Of a stretch of 64,000 nucleotides of DNA, positions 1 to 8,544 are shown piece after piece. Each line of letters starts with the position of its first letter. The first letter of the stretch is position 1. The translations under genes were made by a program, and so were the position numbers. The notes beneath the pieces are model-generated. The model saw nothing but the letters and a program-made list of their open reading frames with translations. It made no database searches and was not told the origin of the DNA. The DNA is from an uncultured Nitrospinota bacterium (GTDB lineage Bacteria > Tectomicrobia > Entotheonellia > J063 > CAVPRW01): the NCBI GenBank assembly GCA_963707985.1, contig CAVPRW010000027.1, positions 1 through 64,000 on the forward strand. Reading direction: 5' to 3'.

Positions 1-684
1 CTCCCCTTGCACGAAGAGCGCGTCCGCACCCGCCCGGGTCATCGCCGCGAAGGCCGCGTCCAAGTCGTCAGGACTGCGCAGTTCCACGATGTGCAGGTGC
101 AGACCCAGCGCTTGGGCTGCCCCGGTCAAGTTGTGCATTGCGGACGCATGGTTTGGATTGGCCGGATTGGCCAGCACGGCGACACGAGTGCTCTGGGGCA
201 CTGTCTCCTTGAGGATCTCCAGCCGCTTCCCAGGGTCCTCCGCGCTCAGGTTGCTTAAACCGGTGGTGTTTCCTCCCGGCCGCGCCAGGCTGGCGACGAG
301 CCCATCCCCAACCGGGTCGCTGCCGCCCGCCATCACGATCGGGATCGTGTGCGTGGCCTGCTGGGCGGCGCGGGTCGCGGCTGTACCTCCTATTGCCACA
401 ATGACGTCAACCTTGCTGCGGACCAACTCGGCTGCCAGGTCGGGAAGGCGCTCGAACTTTCCCTCGGCATATCGGGGCTCGATGACGAGGTTCTGGCCCT
501 CCACATAGCCAAGGTCGCGCAGCCCCTGCCGGAAGGCTTCCAGATCTGGACCGGACTCGGGGAGGCCAGGAGAGAGTCGACCGATCCGGTGCACTTTCTC
601 CGCTGGCTGCGCATGCGCAGCCAGCGGCGTCGCGAGGATGCTAAGGGTGAGGGTGACAATGACCCCCACGGTGCTGCACCACAT
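1..684 (-). CDS. ABC transporter substrate-binding protein (ABC_sub_bind / putative Trp-Tyr-binding family), runs off the window edge
   Basis: Not in the ORF track; read manually. ATG at 684 with GAGGAG RBS. MWCSTVGVIVTLTLSILATPLAAHAQ signal peptide, then FRQGLRDLGYVEGQNLVIE..RYAEG, IPIVM..DPV..GLVASLARPGGNTTG, GKRLEILKE motifs. Confidence 0.9.
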   Translation of the reverse strand, partial: MWCSTVGVIVTLTLSILATPLAAHAQPAEKVHRIGRLSPGLPESGPDLEAFRQGLRDLGYVEGQNLVIEPRYAEGKFERLPDLAAELVRSKVDVIVAIGGTAATRAAQQATHTIPIVMAGGSDPVGDGLVASLARPGGNTTGLSNLSAEDPGKRLEILKETVPQSTRVAVLANPANPNHASAMHNLTGAAQALGLHLHIVELRSPDDLDAAFAAMTRAGADALFVQGE

Positions 685-733
685 GAGCGTCTCCTCGAGT
701 CGGCCTCATGCCGACCTTCTTCTTTCCATGGAC

Positions 734-815
734 GCCGAACGCTGGGCCTCAGCTGCTGCCGAAAGCCGCAGCGAAGCGGAGGCTGTAGGCAGTCAGCTGC
801 AGGCCGTAGTTAGGC
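734..815 (-). other. attC site 5 (82 bp)
   Basis: Minus strand GCCTAAC...GTTCGGC with an internal imperfect palindrome. Same length as, and similar in sequence to, attC1. Confidence 0.9.
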
Positions 816-836
816 GTGGATACTGCTTATTGACGT

Positions 837-1454
837 CTATATTTCTGGTACAAACCTGCCAATAATAGCTGCCACGCGCTCCCGAATAGCAGGATCTGGA
901 TTGTGTAACATCTCCCGCAGAATGTCAGAGGTGGTCTGTGGATCAACACGCATGCATGATTCAGCTATAGCTTGTAGGTCCCACGTATGCTTCTTGGGAT
1001 CAGTCAGTGCTTTCCTGAGAAGCGTTAGTAGTTGCTGGGTATCGGCGCTCTTGGGCAGAAACTTCCTTACTACCTCATGCTGGCGATCAAGCCGAAACAC
1101 GATTTCATGCGGTGAAACAAAGTCAATCTTCCCTTCCCAGTCGAGTCGGTAAACGGCGGCCTCAAACGTCTCTGGGTTCTTAAAATGCCAGTCACTTCCG
1201 CAATAGGCTTTTCGTTGGGCAGTCCTCGTCGGAGACTCAAATTCCGTCATCAGATCGGGCAAACTAATCGAAGAGCCTCTTTCTCGAAGAATATGGAGCA
1301 AGAGTCTAAGGGCTCCTGACTTGGCATCTTCCTCAGCTTTTTTGCGCCATGACTTCAAGACATTGTAACCTGCACCGAGGAAGCCCAGTACTAGAGTAAT
1401 GAAGGTGAGGAAATGTCCAATGTCAATCTTTGGTTCGAACGGAAAACCGAACAT
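837..1454 (-). CDS. Integron cassette 5: hypothetical protein with N-terminal TM helix and C-terminal HEAT-like segment
   Basis: 205-aa ORF, GGAGG RBS, bounded by attC4 and attC5. Hydrophobic FLTFITLVLGFLGAGY segment. Confidence 0.8.
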   Translation of the reverse strand: MFGFPFEPKIDIGHFLTFITLVLGFLGAGYNVLKSWRKKAEEDAKSGALRLLLHILRERGSSISLPDLMTEFESPTRTAQRKAYCGSDWHFKNPETFEAAVYRLDWEGKIDFVSPHEIVFRLDRQHEVVRKFLPKSADTQQLLTLLRKALTDPKKHTWDLQAIAESCMRVDPQTTSDILREMLHNPDPAIRERVAAIIGRFVPEI

Positions 1455-1499
1455 ATCACGACCTCCAATTCATGCATTCTGCTGCGACACTGGGCTTTC

Positions 1500-1564
1500 G
1501 CCTAAGGGTCAGGGCTCAGCGGCGCGGCGCTGTGTGCCGCGTCCGCTGCAGCCTGTGGTTGGGC
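1500..1564 (-). other. attC site 4 (65 bp), R' core altered to CTTAGGC
   Basis: Minus strand GCCCAAC...CTTAGGC. Palindromic body similar to attC3 (cagcggcgcggc..ccgcgtccgctgca). Confidence 0.8.
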
Positions 1565-1568
1565 AATG

Positions 1569-3359
1569 TCAGGCTTGTGACGTGCGAAAGCTCTCGATGC
1601 CGCGGATGAGTTCTTCAAGATCTGGGGGAATCTCGGGCCTATGGATGGCATCGACTATTCGCGCGTCACCAAGGGACACATTGAGAAGTGCCTGGACTTT
1701 CTCCCTGAAAGCCCGCAGCACCTCCTTGCCCGGAACGATCTGCAGTCGGAGTGAAAGATCTTCCCACTGTGGCGTAAACCATGCCAACGTTTCTCGAGTG
1801 AGATCCGCCACGTCTTTACCAGAGGAGCGCAGGTACGTTGTCCGGCGGGCGATGAGTTGAGATTGCACTTCATCTCTCAACGGGTCCGTGATTCCTTGCA
1901 GGAGTCCTGCTGCTCTTGGCACCTCGCCAGCAGCGATACCGGTACGCGATGCGCGGTCGGCAACAGCTCTCGCCATAGCCCGATCGAGCGCTTCGGGCAC
2001 CAGAAGGTAGTTCTCGATCTCCTGGCGCTGATGCACGTGAGCAAGTCTAAGATGCCTGGACAGCGTTTCAGTGACGGCAGCGATCTCTTCCGGACAGAAA
2101 TAGTCTCGATCGTATATCGCACCGATCATGAGCGGCGTTCCAAGCGCCTGCCCAATTCCATCTGCAAGCGTCGTGATGCGTTGCCAGGAGCCGAAACCGC
2201 CTGATTCCAGAGGAGTGATCCCGAAGCCGGCGGCCAGTTCATCGAACCCAAGTCGCCGTGCGAACCGACGCAGCAATTTGAAGTCGTCATTGCCCTCGAT
2301 GAACAACACTCGACGGTTTCGAGCGAGTGCAGTTAGTGTAATGTGCTGTATGGATCCCACGGAATCCATAGCTCGCTGCACACCGGTGACATCTTTGAGG
2401 CGCTCAGCGGAATGCCTATGTTTATCGATGAGAACGATCTCACTCGGATCGGCCTCAGCCATGATTTCCGTCGAGTGAGTGGCTAACAACACATCGGGAC
2501 CCAGGTCCCGCAGAATACCAATAAGCTGCCGCTGCACATCTGGGTGAAGATAGATTTCTGGCTCGTCAATGACAACAAGTTGTGTCTCCCCTGCGCGACA
2601 GAGATGCGTCAGCAGTTGGCACCACACTTGAAATCCAAAGCCCGCCCAGTAGAGCTCTCGCGTCATCCGATCTTCTAGACAGAACATCGAGAGCTCGCTG
2701 GTCATGACATCCACTATCTCGGGGCTCTGAATGTCCATTCCCGGCCAAGTTTTTCTGACAAGATCGCTAAATCTCTCGAAATCGTCCTGAAAGTAATACC
2801 AGTAGCTTCTGAAATGCCGTGAGGCGCGGTGCGTTGAAATCGAAGAAACAACTGTGTCGAACTCCCGCCGTCGTTCTCGGTGTTCAACAGGCCCCAACAC
2901 AGGAACGACGGTCAACATGATCGGGAAGCACCGCTTGAATGCGGCCACAGACCTGATAGTCTCACCGGGGACTTCTGGAACGAGGAAGCAGCCCTCGGAA
3001 CTGGGAAACACGAGGTGAAGCTTATTTCCGTTGTTGAGGGTAAAAGTGATCTTTGAGTCCACCGAATCATAGTCCGTGTGCACGTTCTCTAAGGAGATCG
3101 GCAGGCTGGACTCGTTGAGGCGATATCCGGCACGCCACCCTTCGGGAAGCTCTATGCGTTCCGGCGTGCGCGAGCGCGCGACTCGGAGGGCTGCCGCCAG
3201 GGCACGCACGGCGCCGATGATGGTCGACTTTCCTGAGTTGTTAGGGCCAACCAAGATATTCATGTGCTCCAGGCTGAACGCATAGCGAGCGAACGCCTGA
3301 AACTGGGTAAAATTCACGGAAGTTATGCGTTCGGACTTAGGCATGATTTTAGAGCTCAT
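1569..3359 (-). CDS. Integron cassette 4: OLD-family-like ABC ATPase + TOPRIM nuclease
   Basis: Walker A GPNNSGKS, ABC-signature-like AGFGFQ, Walker B VVIDEPE.YLHP, H-loop ATHS, TOPRIM VLFIEGNDD and YDRD. Start placed after attC3 (ATG 3359 or 3344). Confidence 0.85.
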   Translation of the reverse strand: MSSKIMPKSERITSVNFTQFQAFARYAFSLEHMNILVGPNNSGKSTIIGAVRALAAALRVARSRTPERIELPEGWRAGYRLNESSLPISLENVHTDYDSVDSKITFTLNNGNKLHLVFPSSEGCFLVPEVPGETIRSVAAFKRCFPIMLTVVPVLGPVEHRERRREFDTVVSSISTHRASRHFRSYWYYFQDDFERFSDLVRKTWPGMDIQSPEIVDVMTSELSMFCLEDRMTRELYWAGFGFQVWCQLLTHLCRAGETQLVVIDEPEIYLHPDVQRQLIGILRDLGPDVLLATHSTEIMAEADPSEIVLIDKHRHSAERLKDVTGVQRAMDSVGSIQHITLTALARNRRVLFIEGNDDFKLLRRFARRLGFDELAAGFGITPLESGGFGSWQRITTLADGIGQALGTPLMIGAIYDRDYFCPEEIAAVTETLSRHLRLAHVHQRQEIENYLLVPEALDRAMARAVADRASRTGIAAGEVPRAAGLLQGITDPLRDEVQSQLIARRTTYLRSSGKDVADLTRETLAWFTPQWEDLSLRLQIVPGKEVLRAFREKVQALLNVSLGDARIVDAIHRPEIPPDLEELIRGIESFRTSQA

Positions 3360-3367
3360 TCGAAACT

Positions 3368-3427
3368 GCCTAACGCCAGCAATCAGCGGCGCGGCTCCGC
3401 CGCGTCCGCTGCATTGCATGGTTAGGT
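3368..3427 (-). other. attC site 3 (60 bp)
   Basis: Minus strand ACCTAAC...GTTAGGC. The upstream gene's stop codon (TAA) lies within R''. Confidence 0.9.
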
Positions 3428-4312
3428 TCCCTCACCTTGATCACGCTCGCTCCCTTGCGCAGCCCGTATCGATTCAAGTCTTTCAGCCAAAGAGTTCTTC
3501 AACTCGCGCATGTTCGGATAGAGAATTACTGGATAGTCCCGCACATCGAACGGGATCTCAGCGCCCTGGCGAGCGACATAGACGGGTGTCTTTCCCATAC
3601 CCTGTGCGTAGCCTGCCTCATAGTAGACGTTTGGACGTGGATTGGTCAGGTCCACTACGACGTACTCTGCTTCTTCAATGGCCTTGAGCATTCTTCGTGT
3701 CATCGGCTCATTGGTCGCCTTTTCATCAACTCTCTCCGCAACCACGTTGCTTCGCAATGCACCGTCCTTGATTGCGTCTAAGACATCGTCCAATTGCGGA
3801 TCCTGTGGATCCATTGCCATTGCGATGAACGCATAGTTGCGTCGAATCTGAGCGGAGTGACGTTGAGGAGAACCGACGTGCCGAGTCGCTTCAAGTTCCG
3901 TACGCAACTGGTCTCGAAGGCCGCTATCACTCACGGAATTGATCAGCTCTACGAGCGTAGAAACAGGTCGTTGTTTGCGGAGCAGTCGCAGTCTGTCCAC
4001 GATCATCTTCTTTCTCTCGAGGAGAAGCGGGACAACGCCGACTTCAATGTGTGACGCAGTGTCCGACTTCACGATGAACACCGCCGCATTCGCGGACACG
4101 CTCAGCTTGAGTACTCCGAAAGATTCCGGCGACCGCAATGCATCGTCGACGCGCGCTAGGCTGTCCTCCAACTCTGTAATGTCCTGACTCTCAATTTGGG
4201 CTTCACCGAGACCAATCCGCTGAAGCTGGGCATCAAAGAAACGTTGAGCTTCTCCCCTGAATCGCTCGTATGCATCCGATCGCTTGTCTTCTGGTTGAAC
4301 TCCCATGAGCAC
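3422..4312 (-). CDS. Integron cassette 3: protein with C-terminal nucleoside 2-deoxyribosyltransferase-like (NDT/TIR-like fold) domain
   Basis: YAFIAM...AERVD...IEEAEYVVVDLT..RPNVYYEAGYA.G.GK..FDVRDY motif set. Uncharacterised helical N-terminal half. Confidence 0.75.
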   Translation of the reverse strand: MLMGVQPEDKRSDAYERFRGEAQRFFDAQLQRIGLGEAQIESQDITELEDSLARVDDALRSPESFGVLKLSVSANAAVFIVKSDTASHIEVGVVPLLLERKKMIVDRLRLLRKQRPVSTLVELINSVSDSGLRDQLRTELEATRHVGSPQRHSAQIRRNYAFIAMAMDPQDPQLDDVLDAIKDGALRSNVVAERVDEKATNEPMTRRMLKAIEEAEYVVVDLTNPRPNVYYEAGYAQGMGKTPVYVARQGAEIPFDVRDYPVILYPNMRELKNSLAERLESIRAAQGSERDQGEGT

Positions 4313-4354
4313 CTCGTAGTCGTCCGTACTTTGCCTCTCGCGTTCTGGGAACCT

Positions 4355-6389
4355 CTACGGTAGGAATGCCGGTTACCCGGCACCCCCCGTGCAGTCCCGG
4401 ACGTACAGTTGTGCCCGTATCCGGTGCCTCGGTTGTCCTCGCATCCGCGGGGCAACGCGTTGTCGTCACGCGAACCCCCTCCGTTGTTTGACCTCCGTCA
4501 TGCGCGGCCGGGCTCTCCCTATCCGGTCCCAGGCCTGGGTGAACGGCTCCCAGGTCAAACGCTGCCGCTGTCCCCCGCGCCGATGGCGCCAGTTAAACGT
4601 ACAGCGCAGAGCGCGCTCAACAAAGCGGGACAGGGAGCGGGAGTTGCCTTGCAGACCGTCGTAGGTGTAGTGGCCTCGCAGCCGGCTGTTCAAGTGCCGG
4701 TAGCACGCGCGTCCCGGCAGGTGCCGGTGCTGGGTGATCCATGCCGTGATCCGACGGCACGCCGCCTGGAGCTTCTGGCGCGCGGTACGCCGCTTGACAC
4801 GTGGCACGCCTTGGCGATCTGGCCTCCAGTACCGCTCGAATCCCAGACACGTGAAGCGTCGCCGCAGGCTCGGCTGAAAGCGACTGAAGCGCCGGAGGTG
4901 GGTCTTGTCGGGAGCGACCTGGAGGTTGCACGGCGCTCACCTCTTTGGGAGCGCCCGAGAGAACCGTTCTGCGTCGTCTTGGTCGCGGAAGGCGCAGACC
5001 CCGTCGTCGGCGGCGCGGCACACCCGTGCCCCGCCGCGACCGTGGGCCTTGACGACTGTCTCACACCACCGGTCCAGGGCATCGTGCCAATACACGTGTG
5101 CCAGGACAGGTGAGAGGCCTCCGCCTTGGGGCGAGCCGGTCTCTGGAGGCACAACCAGGCCGTCGGTCTCCAGAAGACCAGCCTTCAGCCATTTCCGAAT
5201 CAGGCGCAGAAAGGCGCGGGCATCGAGGCGCTCGCGCACCATGGTCAAGCGCCTCGTGTGGTCCCGTTGCTCGAAGACGCCTTTGACATCGGCCTCCACC
5301 ACGTCGCCAGACGTTCCGTATGGCCGGTCGAAGGTGAGGGCACGGACCGCATCCAACGCCCCCCGTCCGGGGCGATCGCCGTCGCGACCATCCCGAAAGT
5401 CCTGTGCATCGATTGCCGTCAACAGCTTCGCGCCGGCCAATTGCACCCGTGTGTCTGCGAGTGCGGGCATCCCTCACGGCCTGTCGGCGCCGTTTTCCTG
5501 CGGTATGTCACAGCGCCGGACCCGTGTGGCCCGGTCGCGTGTTCCTTGCAGGCGCTGCGCCAATGCCGTGATGTGGGCCTGTACGTTGACGGCGTAGGCT
5601 TGGGCCGTCAGGCCATCGACCCCACGGGCGGCCTGCGTATTCAGGTCCCCCCAGCCGTCGAGTCACAGGTCTGCATCCAGGCACCCGTACAGATCCCGAC
5701 AGCGGGGCTGCTGGTCGGTTGTCGCGTTGTGGGCTAGGCCCTGCAGGGAGGTTGGCGGCTGGTGGTCCGATCCGACCGTGTCCGGCAGACGTGTCCTGTG
5801 CGGGCGGCGTACTTCCGTCATGTCCTTCCCCATGTCGTCGGCTTGCCCTCCCTCAGAGTCCTAGGCATGATCAGACACCCCAGGAGCATGCCGCGGGTGG
5901 TCCCGATGACGAGACGTCTCCGCTGGCCTGGCCTGGGTGCCACCGCAGAGCCCAGGTTCCCGCAGGGTTCTGTGTCCGGGTGTCCCCTTCCGTGCCTCAG
6001 GAGCTGTCGACCATACGGCTGTGGTGTCCTCCCCCCAGGAACGGCTGGGGCTTCCCCAGTGCTTGTGCGCCTCTCTTCCGGCCTGCCACGGCCTGAGGAC
6101 GCCGGCGGACCTTCACATCCTTGCCAACATGGAGGCTCGTGTGTCGCCTTCGGTGTGCGTGAACACCCTCGGCGTCCGCCACAAGCGCCTGTTCGAAGCT
6201 GTACCAGCACTTCAGGGTGCGCGGTCACCCCTGCGGCCTCCAGGATTCGCTGTCGACGCTTCGCCCATCTGGTTCGCCGTGTGTCCACGGCTCCGCCATG
6301 GGCGCAAGACTCGCGACGGGTGGGTGGCTCGCCCTGACCCGACACGGACGTTCACCTTGCAAGAGACGCCAAGCTTTGCTTGGCGCGAC
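4355..6389 (-). mobile_element. Group II intron (2035 bp), degenerate, inserted in the attC2 R' core
   Basis: RT/maturase remnant. Domain V/VI-like 3' end (gaggcaccggatacgggcacaactgtacgtccggg...gccgggtaaccggcattcctac). Removing it restores GTT|AGGTTCCC. Confidence 0.9.
4466..5788 (-). pseudogene. ltrA: Group II intron reverse transcriptase/maturase, inactivated (no endonuclease domain evident)
   Basis: GVDG, RPGRGALDAV, VVEADVKG, FLRLIRKWLKAG, GSPQGG..SPVLA motifs. Catalytic YADD reads AADD. In-frame stops. Start approximate. Confidence 0.88.
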
Positions 6390-6457
6390 AACGCTCACGC
6401 TCACCTGCCGCTATGGAGCGCAGCGGAATAGCGGTCAGGTGCAGGGCCTTGTTATGC
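6390..6457 (-). other. attC site 2 (interrupted by the intron; the rest of R' lies at 4351-4354)
   Basis: Minus strand GCATAAC aaggccctgcacctgaccgctattccgctgcgctccatagcggcaggtgagcgtgagc GTT. Confidence 0.9.
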
Positions 6458-6698
6458 CACGTTCTGCACTTTTCGCGTACAAGAACTCAGGCGCAAAATC
6501 TGCACCGTTGGGCCACGTCACCGTGTGGAGGTCAGCGCTGAGCGTGAACGCTTGAAAGAAGATAAGATCCTTGAGCGGTTCAAAGACTTCACCTTCAAGC
6601 TCTGGGCTGAGATCCACGTCGCCCTCGGTGCCATCGGCAAACCGTAGGTGAAGGATATAATCGCGCACATATTTCGCTTCCGTAAGTCGTGGAGTCAT
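6435..6698 (-). CDS. DUF2442 family protein (TA module partner), cassette 2
   Basis: DYILHLRFADGTEGDVDL...GEVFEPLKD...TVTWPNGADFAPEFLY pattern. Directly follows the DUF4160 gene. Confidence 0.85.
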   Translation of the reverse strand: MTPRLTEAKYVRDYILHLRFADGTEGDVDLSPELEGEVFEPLKDLIFFQAFTLSADLHTVTWPNGADFAPEFLYAKSAERGITRPCT

Positions 6699-6702
6699 GG
6701 CT

Positions 6703-6960
6703 CTACTCCAAGGGGGCTATCTTCTGTAGAGGCCTCCGTGCCTGGGCCAACTCCCAATCTTCCCATAAGTCATCTCTGTGGAGTTCGTACCCCTCCAGCA
6801 CATGCCGCAAAGCCCGCCGTGGGAAGCGGCCCGTGACAATGCCTGTTGCTATGCTGACCGTCATTTCATAATCACCATAGATGGCGTGGAAGTGCGCTGG
6901 CATGTGGTCACGATAGAACATGGCTATCACAATGCCCAGGAACCTGGATATCTCTGGCAT
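6703..6960 (-). CDS. DUF4160 family protein (TA module partner), cassette 2
   Basis: MPEISRFLGIVIAMFYRDH.PAHFHAIYG...KIAPLE pattern. Confidence 0.88.
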   Translation of the reverse strand: MPEISRFLGIVIAMFYRDHMPAHFHAIYGDYEMTVSIATGIVTGRFPRRALRHVLEGYELHRDDLWEDWELAQARRPLQKIAPLE

Positions 6961-6995
6961 CTTACTTTCCACGCGGGCAGTTGTTTGTCACAGCA

Positions 6996-7077
6996 GCATA
7001 ACGCCAGCCTTCAGCCGCTGCCGGAAGCGGGAGCGCAGCGGACGCCGTAGGCAGTCGGCTGCAAGGCGTTGTTCGGC
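6996..7077 (-). other. attC site 1 (82 bp)
   Basis: Minus strand GCCGAAC aacgccttgcagccgactgcc...ggcagcggctgaaggctggc GTTATGC. R'' is complementary to the attI core. Confidence 0.92.
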
Positions 7078-7112
7078 AAGGTGTAGCTCGATCCCGACTG
7101 CGATTCAACGCC

Positions 7113-7940
7113 TTAGAACACGAGATCTTGCACATACCACTCAAGCAGGTCCGGTATCTCCCAAAGGGCGCTGCGGTGCTCCTGCGGTGTCTGCTCGATC
7201 TGGTCTTTGGAGATCCATGTTCCACCTCTGAGCCTGAATAATGGCCATGCACCACTCATCGGCGACTTACCCCTCCACCAACTTGCCATCTCAGGATCAG
7301 CAGCAAACAGTTTTTCCCTCTGGGTAGGTGTGAGCCTATCGACCTCCTGCTGGGTATATTCACGAATACTATGGTCGGCTTGAACCAGTGAGAACTTCTC
7401 TGCCTCCCGTTCACGCTGTCTATCATCCAGCAGATCTGTTAACGACCTTCTGGGAAGGAAGTTCACAATGGCCTCTTCGGCATAGGCATTCTGCTGACGG
7501 CTGCCCAAGGGGCCACCTTCCGACTGAATCACTGCAACGATGCGTCGGATACCTTCGTCCCAGTCGTCGTACAGAGTGAGCCACTGAATGGAGCGCAGTG
7601 TTTCCCCAGCACCGATGCTGCGGTCAGGGATCTCACAGGCCGACAAAAGCACAGGGATGAACCAGGGTTGATCAGCTGGCCGTTGACGTAGTTGCTCTAT
7701 CGCTTGGGTAATTTCTTCGTGCATGAAGGTCTTGCGGCGCTTACTGAACTCCGTTGAGAAACAGGCAAGGAAGAAATCGCCCTGAGAAATTTCCCGCCGA
7801 ATGACGTCTGCCCATCGGTCCCCTGGTTTCAGGTGCGTTTGATCGAACCAAACCTCGACCTTATGTGCTTTGAGTGCATTCACCAATTGGATGACATCTT
7901 CGCTGTTCTCGCGAATGTATGAAATGAAAACCCTTGGCAT
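7113..7940 (-). CDS. Integron cassette 1: TIR domain protein with unknown C-terminal region
   Basis: RVFISY..EN, VEVWFD...LKPGDRW, FLACFS, FMHEEI (putative catalytic Glu), FIPVLL. Confidence 0.88.
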   Translation of the reverse strand: MPRVFISYIRENSEDVIQLVNALKAHKVEVWFDQTHLKPGDRWADVIRREISQGDFFLACFSTEFSKRRKTFMHEEITQAIEQLRQRPADQPWFIPVLLSACEIPDRSIGAGETLRSIQWLTLYDDWDEGIRRIVAVIQSEGGPLGSRQQNAYAEEAIVNFLPRRSLTDLLDDRQREREAEKFSLVQADHSIREYTQQEVDRLTPTQREKLFAADPEMASWWRGKSPMSGAWPLFRLRGGTWISKDQIEQTPQEHRSALWEIPDLLEWYVQDLVF

Positions 7941-7994
7941 GTGTTCTCACCCGAGACATGACTCACAAATGCGAAATCTCTTATTCTCTTGGAA

Positions 7995-8030
7995 GCCGAA
8001 CCAGTGAGTCAACCGTTTTCTGTATAACCT
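7995..8030 (-). other. Putative attI site
   Basis: GTTCGGC core (7995-8001, minus) is the exact complement of attC1 R''. No attC palindrome upstream. Lies between the first cassette and the divergent intI. Confidence 0.7.
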
Positions 8031-8261
8031 TCCAACTCACGGTTCGCGCATTGTTTGCGACCGTTTCCAATATTTTGGCAAAGATTTGAAAATACCGTAC
8101 TTTTGAAGTTTGAGCGTCCGTCGGAATGCTGCTTGGCTGGTCCTGTTGACTCATCCCTGTGCCGTAGAGTTGCTCTTAGGCTGAACAGGGGTTCGTAAAA
8201 TCAAGCAGTTATAAGGAATGTTTGAGACTGGTTTTAAAAGGGGCGAACCATTAGCTCCAAT

Positions 8262-8270
8262 ATTATAGCA
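8262..8270 (-). promoter_or_regulatory. Candidate cassette promoter Pc (extended -10)
   Basis: Minus strand TGCTATAAT pointing toward attI. No good -35. Confidence 0.4.
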
Positions 8271-8463
8271 TGGGTCAAAACAGGATACGTTCGCATTTTT
8301 TGAATGACCCCTTTCAATTCAACGCGTCACGATCAGGCTGTCACGATCGCATCTTAATGGACAAGGCATTGATTTCATAAGGTTTAATCGCAACATTCCC
8401 TGCAGGGAATGGAAAATAATGCGCAATTATAGAAATAATAGATCAAAATAAGCAAACAAATCG

Positions 8464-8492
8464 TTGACATCCCAATTACTGCTGTATAACAT
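8464..8492 (+). promoter_or_regulatory. Candidate sigma70 promoter of intI
   Basis: TTGACA at 8464, then TGTATAACAT. AAGGAG RBS before ATG 8545. Confidence 0.4.
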
Positions 8493-8544
8493 GCGAAATG
8501 TAAGAATATCTAGCAGCTGGATAATGGCAGCGAAGGAGTAACCC

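Noticed and set aside
3360..3419. N-terminal 20 aa of the 616-aa ORF
   Set aside because: It lies inside attC3. The real start is probably 3359 or 3344.
4409..6431. Multiple long + strand ORFs across the intron
   Set aside because: Antisense or shadow frames of GC-rich, stop-poor intron sequence with no recognisable domains.
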